From the sequence record MN927226.1: a DNA stretch of 44,138 bases; one strand, given 5' to 3'. Every line of letters begins with the position of its first letter. Position 1 is the first letter of the stretch. The position numbers and the translations under genes are program-made. Source of the DNA: Escherichia phage vB_EcoS_XY2. Of the stretch, positions 1-6,974 are shown piece by piece. The notes beneath the pieces were generated by a model, which was not told the origin of the DNA, did no database searches, and saw nothing but the letters and a program-made list of their open reading frames with translations.

Positions 1-40
1 TCTGGCAGGCCCCACGCTTTTACCTCATATCTCTGTACCA

Positions 41-223
41 TTACTCCACCCCTTCCACATGTGTAACTGACCCACAGTTCGCGCACTCGACGTAATCAGG
101 GTACTGGTCTTTGTATTTCTGTAGCTCAGCTTCAAGTTTCGCGTAATCTTCGTAAAGCACTAACACGCCCTCAACATCAGGAGTAAACCCGAATATCTGG
201 TCGTAGGTATATCTCTGCACCAT
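41..223 (-). CDS. small early protein (60 aa), tandem paralog of CDS 43783..44052
   Basis: ORF MVQRY...CANCGSVTHVEGVE; AGGAGA RBS before ATG at 223; last 87 nt identical to 3' end of 43783..44052; stop overlaps next ATG (TAATG). Confidence 0.6.
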   Translation of the reverse strand: MVQRYTYDQIFGFTPDVEGVLVLYEDYAKLEAELQKYKDQYPDYVECANCGSVTHVEGVE

Positions 224-225
224 AA

Positions 226-429
226 TCACTTCTCCTGTTTACCAAGTCGCTTAGGTGAGCAGATAGCGCGTACCTCTGAATCGTTTGGCTTGTCGCCCTG
301 AAACAGGAAGTGCGCGTTCTCTGCGGCGCGTGCAGCTGACTGGCACGCCTCCATCGAGTAAAACGTTTCTGATGCCGCGAGTTGCATCTGGCCCGCGGAC
401 AGTACCCAGATAAATAAGATGCTGGTCAT
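226..429 (-). CDS. hypothetical protein (67 aa) with hydrophobic N-terminus
   Basis: ORF track; ATGA overlap with stop of 426..974. Confidence 0.5.
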   Translation of the reverse strand: MTSILFIWVLSAGQMQLAASETFYSMEACQSAARAAENAHFLFQGDKPNDSEVRAICSPKRLGKQEK

Positions 430-974
430 TTCAGTTTAGCCCCGCAATCAAGACACTTTTTAGTAAAACCCGGCGCAAAGCCTTTGCGCAAACCGACGGT
501 ATTAGCGTGTTGGCAATCGCTCAATTCCGATTCTTGCTTACCGCATTTAGCGCAAATGAAGTAGTCCCCTTTTTCATCTAGCACCCAATCATGCTCGCAT
601 TCCTGGGTATCCTCTTTACAGCAACCGGATTGCTCCTGTTTGCGGATAAGTTTGTACGCTTCCGCGTCACCCGTAGCCCGAACCAGCGCCAGATGCAAAT
701 CCTTAATCTGCGACGAAGCATCACGTAACTGGTTTTTAAGTGACTGCACCTCATGCGCCAGGTCTTCGCACTGCTGCTTGTGCGGGTTGTGCTGGTTGTG
801 CTCCAGGCCGATGTAAGCGTCGATTACGGCGTTTTCTTCATCGGTATAGTTACCGCGACCCGCGATACTACGGTCAATACTCCACCGTTTGATTTCACCC
901 ATTACATCCGCGACTGGTAGCTGCTGCCGTAGTTGGTCAATCAGGTACTCGAATACTTCGTTTTTGTTACTCAT
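426..974 (-). CDS. hypothetical Cys-rich early protein (182 aa)
   Basis: ORF track; GAGAGGAGAG RBS before ATG; C-terminal CxxC pairs (CAKCG, CLDCG). Confidence 0.7.
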   Translation of the reverse strand: MSNKNEVFEYLIDQLRQQLPVADVMGEIKRWSIDRSIAGRGNYTDEENAVIDAYIGLEHNQHNPHKQQCEDLAHEVQSLKNQLRDASSQIKDLHLALVRATGDAEAYKLIRKQEQSGCCKEDTQECEHDWVLDEKGDYFICAKCGKQESELSDCQHANTVGLRKGFAPGFTKKCLDCGAKLK

Positions 975-1005
975 ACTACGTCTCTCCTCTCGTTTGTGTA
1001 AATGA

Positions 1006-1034
1006 ATAGTAGCCTATTCTATCTTAGTGTGCAA
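1006..1034 (-). promoter_or_regulatory. sigma70-like promoter TTGCAC-N17-TACTAT with GAATAG-N4-CTATTC dyad
   Basis: Reverse complement reads TTGCAC, 17-bp spacer, TACTAT upstream of CDS 426..974; perfect inverted repeat 1004-1019. Confidence 0.45.
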
Positions 1035-1346
1035 GTAAATTTTATTGGTGTTTTAAAGATAATCGTTCACCCCGAATCCAGTAGTACCTCGGGCGTCGTG
1101 CCCACTGACGCCATCGCATAACAAGGTACTTGTTGCCGTCTGACGCAACAATAAGCCCGAATCGCTTTTCTCCGTTTCTACTGGTCCAGGTTACGGTGTC
1201 ATTCAGTTTCATTGTTGCATCTCCTGCAATAGTCGCTTCGATTGTTGCGTTTGGTGAAAGTGTCGCTTTTTGACGACACTAAGTTAAAGTTGTACGCTGC
1301 TGTGTAGCAGCGTAAGTCACTCAGTAAAATCCCAAACTATTGAACA

Positions 1347-1547
1347 TCACACTTCCGGCGGCTCAGGTAACGGCATCCAGTGGGTCACGTACTTATTGTA
1401 GTGATTCCAGAACGGCTTTCTCTCGTCGTCAGGAACTATGTAATAATCGTGCTGAACTGCGTTATTCAACGTTTCATACACCAGGAACTCCGCATCTGTA
1501 CACCCATTACCCGGCAGCAGTTCACTACACTTAATCCACTTACTCAT
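1347..1547 (-). CDS. DUF551-like phage protein (66 aa)
   Basis: ORF track; C-terminal THWMPLPEPP motif recalled as typical of DUF551. Confidence 0.55.
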   Translation of the reverse strand: MSKWIKCSELLPGNGCTDAEFLVYETLNNAVQHDYYIVPDDERKPFWNHYNKYVTHWMPLPEPPEV

Positions 1548-1550
1548 ATC

Positions 1551-1694
1551 TCACCTCCGATTCGCGATAAACAACGCACCAGCTTTCCACGCCCGCCACG
1601 CGAGACGCGTCTTAACGTTCAGGTACTCTTTCTTTAAACCCTTGCTAACTGGCAGACCCTCGACAACAGCCCACCGTTCGAATGCTTCTCTCAT
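1551..1694 (-). CDS. small hypothetical protein (47 aa)
   Basis: Hand-translated MREAFERWAVVEGLPVSKGLKKEYLNVKTRLAWRAWKAGALFIANRR; AGGTGAGGA RBS; below ORF-track length cutoff. Confidence 0.4.
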   Translation of the reverse strand: MREAFERWAVVEGLPVSKGLKKEYLNVKTRLAWRAWKAGALFIANRR

Positions 1695-1697
1695 AAC

Positions 1698-1919
1698 TTA
1701 GTCCTCACCTAATGCCTGAGTCGCGACCAGGATGATAGCTGACAAGCACTGCGCGCAAGGCTCTTGCCTGAATCCGTTTTCTACGGCGATTAAAGCGTGT
1801 TGGGCATCCTGGAACAGCCATTCACCGTACGATGGATTAGCCCCGCACCACGTTTCTATTTTATTCGTCGGCAATTTAACCCCATCCAGATGGTCTACCT
1901 TAATTATGTGTTTTCTCAT
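1698..1919 (-). CDS. hypothetical protein (73 aa)
   Basis: ORF track; first ATG is at 1919 (track start 1931 is GTG). Confidence 0.5.
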   Translation of the reverse strand: MRKHIIKVDHLDGVKLPTNKIETWCGANPSYGEWLFQDAQHALIAVENGFRQEPCAQCLSAIILVATQALGED

Positions 1920-2019
1920 ACCAACCCCCACAACGCGTGCACCACATAAACGGCGCTGACAATTAAAATAAACGGGTAATTATTCACGGCAACCTCCCTC
2001 AGAGTCGTCGGCACGAGCA

Positions 2020-2238
2020 TCATGATTCGGCGCCGTTGTGAATGATGCGGAAACAACATTGAAGAAAACTAACGGTTAAAGTCTCGCCCACAGTGTCCTC
2101 TAAATCCCATTCATCACCGTCTTCATCTAAAACGTATCGACGGCCGTCGTAATATACTCCTGACGAATATTTGTTACCTTTCACAAACCAATCCTGCACA
2201 TCCTGGCGGGATTCAATACAAATTAATTCTTCCATCAC
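2020..2238 (-). CDS. hypothetical protein (72 aa)
   Basis: ORF track; ATGA overlap with upstream stop. Confidence 0.5.
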   Translation of the reverse strand: MMEELICIESRQDVQDWFVKGNKYSSGVYYDGRRYVLDEDGDEWDLEDTVGETLTVSFLQCCFRIIHNGAES

Positions 2239-2426
2239 TTCACCCCTTTGAATTTAAAATTGTTGCCAATTAGTTTCATTTCATACTCTTGGTAATACGC
2301 CGCGGAACTTAACCCGTGCTCCCTGAGTAAGCTAACGACATAAGAACTTCGGTACACTGCCGATTTCTTTTCAATAATACCTAAGCTACCGTACATCGTT
2401 TTAATCAACTGACCCTTCTTAAACAT
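2235..2426 (-). CDS. hypothetical protein (63 aa)
   Basis: ORF track; ATG at 2426 preceded by GAGGAG; first gene after promoter 2461-2489. Confidence 0.5.
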   Translation of the reverse strand: MFKKGQLIKTMYGSLGIIEKKSAVYRSSYVVSLLREHGLSSAAYYQEYEMKLIGNNFKFKGVK

Positions 2427-2460
2427 AACCACCACTCCTCTGTCTCGTTTCGATAAGTGA

Positions 2461-2489
2461 ATAGTATCCTATTATATTGGGGTGTGCAA
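2461..2489 (-). promoter_or_regulatory. early promoter TTGCAC-N17-TACTAT (leftward operon)
   Basis: Reverse complement cttgcacaccccaatataataggatactattcac; near-identical to modules at 25334 and 34320. Confidence 0.5.
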
Positions 2490-2561
2490 GAGAATAGTTA
2501 CGTTGCCGTTGTGATTCTTCGGGGAGGGTTGTGCCTTTATTCTTATTACTTGGTAACTAAA

Positions 2562-2581
2562 GGGCAGGCTTAAGCCTGCCC
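2562..2581. terminator. perfect hairpin GGGCAGGC-TTAA-GCCTGCCC in divergent control region
   Basis: 8-bp perfect stem with 4-nt loop read directly. Confidence 0.4.
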
Positions 2582-2718
2582 AATAATCGTTACATTTTTA
2601 CGGTTGCGAATCTACGGCACATTAAGAAACAGTAGATATTTCAGCGGGTTACTTCTTTAAATGAGATTTAGATACACTTATCCTTAAACCCCAAGGCAAG
2701 CATCTCAGCTGTCTGGGA

Positions 2719-2756
2719 GGGGTTGACGAATCCCTCGGGGAGGGTTCGTCAACTCC
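2719..2756. repeat. 38-bp nested near-perfect palindrome
   Basis: GTTGACGAA/TTCGTCAAC outer arms around CCCTC-GGG-GAGGG inner arms. Confidence 0.6.
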
Positions 2757-2847
2757 GTAATATATACAAGTCCCAAAACCATTATACAAACATGTGTCAA
2801 GAACTTTCAATAACATTTTTGTAAAGATTAAATATTACAGAGATTGG

Positions 2848-2876
2848 TTGCTTTTACATTCCCGCTATCCTATACT
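2848..2876 (+). promoter_or_regulatory. sigma70-like promoter TTGCTT-N17-TATACT for rightward operon
   Basis: Hexamers read directly, about 30 bp upstream of CDS 2908. Confidence 0.4.
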
Positions 2877-2907
2877 CAGTTTCACCAAACAAACAGGAGA
2901 TATAAAA

Positions 2908-3090
2908 ATGTCGCATTATATGACGCAGAATGAAGTAGCTGAACGTATCGGGGTGACACGTCAGACCATTAATAACTGGTTGCGCAGCGGCAAATTCCCT
3001 GACTGCTGTATTAAGGTTATGGGCCGCCGTTTACCGGGAACATTTGACCGTAATAAAGTCGAAGCATGGATTAAGGAGAACGTGAAATGA
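2908..3090 (+). CDS. small HTH DNA-binding protein (AlpA/excisionase-like, 60 aa)
   Basis: MSHYMTQNEVAERIGVTRQTINNWLRSGKFP; CAGGAGA RBS 7 nt upstream; track start 2794 lacks RBS. Confidence 0.6.
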   Translation: MSHYMTQNEVAERIGVTRQTINNWLRSGKFPDCCIKVMGRRLPGTFDRNKVEAWIKENVK

Positions 3091-3377
3091 AAGGCGTAAT
3101 TTTCCACAATAAAGCAGAAAACGAAGTGTATATGGTTCACTCCGTGGCCGGAGAGTTCGCTTTATGCTTCAATATCTCTTGCCATCTTGATACCTACCGG
3201 CCTTTCTGCGTAGAAACAGAAATGAAGCTAATTAGCTTACGCCAACTAAGCACCATGTCGGCATCGCTTAACGTAAGAGATAATCTCGAGTATATCGACT
3301 TCTATTTCGGCGATGATTTGGTCGAGGAATATTTTGAAGAGTATAAAAATTTGCTGGAAGGGTTGGCTAAACGGTAA
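3087..3377 (+). CDS. hypothetical protein (96 aa)
   Basis: ORF track; ATGA overlap with stop of 2908..3090. Confidence 0.6.
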   Translation: MKGVIFHNKAENEVYMVHSVAGEFALCFNISCHLDTYRPFCVETEMKLISLRQLSTMSASLNVRDNLEYIDFYFGDDLVEEYFEEYKNLLEGLAKR

Positions 3378-3446
3378 AAAGAAACCCCAACGCAAGAACG
3401 TCGGGGTCAAAGCACAAATCATCAAAGTAAGCACAAGGATTATACA

Positions 3447-3575
3447 ATGACGAAGTTAATAGTTCCACAGCTGCGCCGACAGAAACACGGCGCCGATTTC
3501 TTCGCGCCGGTAAAGATGAACCGCGCAATGCGCCGTATGCAGGAAGCCTTAGAACGTGCGGAGAAAAAGAAATGA
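3447..3575 (+). CDS. small basic protein (42 aa)
   Basis: Hand-translated MTKLIVPQLRRQKHGADFFAPVKMNRAMRRMQEALERAEKKK; stop overlaps primase ATG (ATGA). Confidence 0.4.
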   Translation: MTKLIVPQLRRQKHGADFFAPVKMNRAMRRMQEALERAEKKK

Positions 3576-5794
3576 ATATTGTTTTTGCAACGCTGCGTAA
3601 CACATTCGATAAAAACCCTGTAGCGCGTGAAATGCCGCTGGAGCAGTTTGTCGAGTATGTCTGCGATACATCGAAGCGTTTATCCGTGGACCCGTCATGG
3701 ACTAAGGAAGAGTACGACGCTGCCAAGATTAAACAGAAAGCTATTGCGCCTGTTGGTGGTCGCCGTAAAAACGCTATCCTGGAAGACAGTGTGGTTAAGT
3801 TCGATTTCGACCATCTCAACCGTACTCAGTACCGCGACCTGACACGCAAATTCAAGAACGCGCCGTTCTTCAATATTCTGCACACAACGGCATCGCATCA
3901 GCACGCATGTAAAAATGGAGATTACGCTTTCCGCGTTCTGGTTCCAGCTCGCACGCCGTTTAACTCTAACGACGCGTGGATGGTGCAACGTGCTATTTGT
4001 GCAGAGTTAGAAATAGACGAAGCGTTGCGCGACCACTGCACAGAAGACGGCAACCGCCTTATCTACCTGCCGCATAAAGAGTCGAAGATAACGGTTACAG
4101 AAGGGCGTGTTATCCGTGCTGAGCGGTACATCAAGAAAGCCGAAGAGATGGGGTTGCGTAAGCGTGAGGCTAAAACACTTGCCGCCGATGAGTATGGGCT
4201 TAACGCTGATATAGCGCATTTCTGCGAAGCCGAGCTTGGCCTTGACGCTTTATCTTCCGGGCGCGGGTACGAAGTGCCATGCCCTAACGAACATCTGCAT
4301 ACAGGCAAGGGCTCCACCAGCATAATGCTCGACGGTAAAGAAGTGCGCTTTGTCTGCCAGCATACAAACAACGGCGCTTGCACCGAGCTTAACCGTAGGC
4401 AGCATTTGGCCCTGCGTATGTGTGGCCTACCCGACGAGCTTAACATAGATAAGCAACCTATCAGCATTAACAGCATTCGTGCGGCTCTGCCTGATTTACC
4501 GGAAGAAGAGATTGAAGAACTACACCGCACAGAGAACGAGGACCCAGTAACTTGCAGCCTCGACGACCTGGAAGACGATGCGGAATCAGAGGAGGACGAG
4601 TTACCAGAACCGGTAAAGGCTGATTTCGTCGTTGAAGGGTACATGCCGTCGGATTGTATCTGGGATATCGTCGGGGAATCTGGCACGTACAAATCGTTCT
4701 ATACGCTGGGGATGATGTACCTCAGCGCCGCCGGGTACAGGTTTGCGGGGGCGGATACCCAGCGTTGCCACCATTTCTATATTGATGGTGAGGGTGGCGC
4801 AGCTACACGCACCCGTATTGATGCACTAGCGGCTAAATATGGCGGGGAAGGTAAAGATTATGTACACGTCATCGATATGGGCGAAGTCGGCAAACTTAAA
4901 AGCCTGATTAAGTTAATGCGCGAAACTGCTGGCGACGAGCCAATTGGCATGGTTGCGTTCGACACCCTTAACCAGACCCTGGCACTGACGATTGATAAGT
5001 TCGACGAGAACAGTTCATCAACAGCAATCGGCATGGGTAAAGTTATCGCCATTCTGAAAGAAGTACGCGATGCAACTAAAGCCGCAGTAGGCGTTGTCCA
5101 CCATACGCCGAAGGGTGGAAAGAAAGCACGCGGCAGTGGGGCGCTGTATGCGGGTGTTGACGTGGAACTGACAATCGAACGTGCAACCGACCGTCAAATA
5201 AACGTATACCACTCGAAATTTAAGCACGGTCCTCAACAGAAAACGGTTGGCATGGTGCTGGAGTCTGTGCAGTTCCGCGAAGCTCCGCCGCCGAAAGAGT
5301 ACCGTGCGGTTGAGTTCCTGGGGGGCACAGAAGAATACGGCACAATCGTAAACCTGGACCTTCCTGAACCACACAAGGCGCTTGTGTTGATGCCGTGGGG
5401 TTTCGAGCCGTTCAAAACTGACGAGGAGAAAGAGCGGGAAGAAGGGTTGACGAAAGAAGGTAAGCAAAAAGTAAAGGAAGAAGTTAAACGCGGCAGGGAT
5501 GAAGTAAGGAAGGAGTCAATACTTTCGGCACTGGAAGACCTGCAACAGTCAGATGACACAGGTCGCGGTTTTACTCAGCAGCAGATAGTGGCTCGTTCCG
5601 GTGACTTCTCTGTGACTAACACCCATCTTGATAAAATGTTGAAAGATGGAGAACTAATGCTTGGTTGCGATGCTAACGGCGAAGTAGTACCGAGAACATA
5701 TCGTATACCCGAAAGAATAGGGGATAGATTAAGGCCGAAGACACTATACGAACCAAATGAGATGCTGGTGGTGACAGAGGAGGATTTGGAATAG
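3572..5794 (+). CDS. DNA primase/helicase-like replication protein (740 aa)
   Basis: Cys/His cluster CPNEHLHTGKGS...CQHTNNGAC; Walker-A-like GESGTYKS; position at head of replication module. Confidence 0.75.
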   Translation: MNIVFATLRNTFDKNPVAREMPLEQFVEYVCDTSKRLSVDPSWTKEEYDAAKIKQKAIAPVGGRRKNAILEDSVVKFDFDHLNRTQYRDLTRKFKNAPFFNILHTTASHQHACKNGDYAFRVLVPARTPFNSNDAWMVQRAICAELEIDEALRDHCTEDGNRLIYLPHKESKITVTEGRVIRAERYIKKAEEMGLRKREAKTLAADEYGLNADIAHFCEAELGLDALSSGRGYEVPCPNEHLHTGKGSTSIMLDGKEVRFVCQHTNNGACTELNRRQHLALRMCGLPDELNIDKQPISINSIRAALPDLPEEEIEELHRTENEDPVTCSLDDLEDDAESEEDELPEPVKADFVVEGYMPSDCIWDIVGESGTYKSFYTLGMMYLSAAGYRFAGADTQRCHHFYIDGEGGAATRTRIDALAAKYGGEGKDYVHVIDMGEVGKLKSLIKLMRETAGDEPIGMVAFDTLNQTLALTIDKFDENSSSTAIGMGKVIAILKEVRDATKAAVGVVHHTPKGGKKARGSGALYAGVDVELTIERATDRQINVYHSKFKHGPQQKTVGMVLESVQFREAPPPKEYRAVEFLGGTEEYGTIVNLDLPEPHKALVLMPWGFEPFKTDEEKEREEGLTKEGKQKVKEEVKRGRDEVRKESILSALEDLQQSDDTGRGFTQQQIVARSGDFSVTNTHLDKMLKDGELMLGCDANGEVVPRTYRIPERIGDRLRPKTLYEPNEMLVVTEEDLE

Positions 5795-5803
5795 GTAAAA
5801 AGA

Positions 5804-5822
5804 AAGGGGCTTTAAGCCCCTT
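5804..5822. terminator. hairpin AAGGGGC-tttaa-GCCCCTT between converging genes
   Basis: Stem-loop read directly; T-run follows on minus strand. Confidence 0.5.
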
Positions 5823-6027
5823 CACCTAACGCCAGCCACTTGGCGTCTACTTCCAGAACTTCCGCCAGCTTGAACAGCGTCGCCGGCCGGACGTCCTGAG
5901 TTACCCCGAGCGCAAGCTGGTTAATCGCGCCCTGGGAAACGCCAGCCAGGACCGCCAGACGGCGCTGGGAGATGCCGAGTTCTTTACGGCGTTGTTCTAC
6001 GCGGATACCTAGTTCAGATGGTTGCAT
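5812..6027 (-). CDS. XRE/Cro-CI-type HTH transcriptional regulator (71 aa)
   Basis: LGISQRRLAVLAGVSQGAINQLALG HTH motif; solo minus-strand gene divergent from 6152 operon. Confidence 0.75.
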   Translation of the reverse strand: MQPSELGIRVEQRRKELGISQRRLAVLAGVSQGAINQLALGVTQDVRPATLFKLAEVLEVDAKWLALGEGA

Positions 6028-6091
6028 GTCAATTACTCCTTAGTCAGTTGATATGTGAATAGTACCATATTAATTATTTTAGAAAAGCCCA

Positions 6092-6120
6092 TTGACATGT
6101 GAATAGTTCGCTATTATAGT
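6092..6120 (+). promoter_or_regulatory. sigma70 promoter TTGACA-N17-TATAGT with GAATAG-N4-CTATTA dyad in spacer
   Basis: Consensus -35, 17-bp spacer; dyad 6101-6116; second degenerate box 6057-6072. Confidence 0.6.
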
Positions 6121-6151
6121 TAACCCATACCAAACGAGAGGAGAGAAACAA

Positions 6152-6652
6152 ATGTTAGAGAAATTCTTAGTATTGCTGGAACGTTTCGTAGTTGCACATG
6201 AACTGATTGCCGCGAACAGTGCGAAACAAGTTGTTCAGGTTGCCGCGCCGCTGGAAGTAGAGACTGTATCGTACACCAAAGAAGCGGTAGCTGAGTGCGC
6301 TGAAGAAGCAACAAAAGAAATCCCGGTAGAAGGTGAAGACATCGTTGACACTAAACCGGCAGAAGAAGAGAAGCCAAAACGCAAGCCGCGTAAAGCTAAA
6401 GTAGAGGAAACGACGCCAGAGCCGGAAGAAGAGAAAGAAGAAGTAGACTATAAGTCTCTGCGCGACCAGATTCAGGCTATCGACGATGCAATTAACGAAG
6501 GTCCGAGCGATGCCGCGTGCGATGATTCTGATGAACTGCTGGAAGAGTTCACAGGTAAGAAAATGAAGATTGCAGCGATTAAAGACGAAGACCTGGCTGA
6601 ATACCTGGAACGCTTGACAGCAATCAAGAACAAGTATTTCGAAGAAGAATAA
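6152..6652 (+). CDS. highly acidic early protein (166 aa)
   Basis: ORF track; strong RBS; E/D-rich composition. Confidence 0.7.
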   Translation: MLEKFLVLLERFVVAHELIAANSAKQVVQVAAPLEVETVSYTKEAVAECAEEATKEIPVEGEDIVDTKPAEEEKPKRKPRKAKVEETTPEPEEEKEEVDYKSLRDQIQAIDDAINEGPSDAACDDSDELLEEFTGKKMKIAAIKDEDLAEYLERLTAIKNKYFEEE

Positions 6653-6659
6653 CTATCAG

Positions 6660-6678
6660 GCGGCCTTCGGGCCGCTTT
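6660..6678 (+). terminator. hairpin GCGGCC-TTCG-GGCCGC then TTT
   Basis: Read directly after stop of 6152..6652. Confidence 0.5.
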
Positions 6679-6695
6679 AACGGAGGGGCGGAAAT

Positions 6696-6974
6696 ATGAT
6701 TTACCAACTCTACCGCGCCGTAGACAGGCGGGATAACACAGAGGCGTTGTGGCTGTTGCGTGCGCCGTCCGGTGCACACCAGATGGAAGAGATGGCGTAC
6801 TTAGGCAAAGTACCGCGTCCTAAAGATATAGGTCGTCACGTGTCGCGGATTAAACGCACGACATTCGCCAAGCCCGACTTTTATGTCTTCGAGTCGATGT
6901 ATGGATGGGCCTTACATTGCGACCACAAGACACGGCATTTAATTGACCAGTGGGAGAGCAGAGCATGGTTTTAA
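6696..6974 (+). CDS. hypothetical protein (92 aa)
   Basis: ORF track; GGAGGGG RBS. Confidence 0.6.
   Translation: MIYQLYRAVDRRDNTEALWLLRAPSGAHQMEEMAYLGKVPRPKDIGRHVSRIKRTTFAKPDFYVFESMYGWALHCDHKTRHLIDQWESRAWF

Noticed and set aside
1-127. Terminal 127-bp repeat as a biological direct terminal repeat of the virion DNA
   Set aside because: It lies within coding sequence and has an assembler-typical length; assembly overlap of a circular contig is more parsimonious. Not excluded without reads.
2600-2640. tRNA-like segment (GGTTGCGAATCT) in the control region
   Set aside because: Only a partial T-loop-like string; no acceptor or anticodon stems could be built; no tRNA called.
3378-3415. Possible terminator hairpin after CDS 3087..3377
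   Set aside because: Stem is imperfect (one mismatch in 9 bp) and has no following T-tract.
4063-4692. 209-aa minus-strand ORF inside the primase gene, and a similar 180-aa ORF at 10508..11050 inside the polymerase gene
   Set aside because: Antisense to long enzymes with clear motifs; Ser/Arg-rich translations; no independent start signals.
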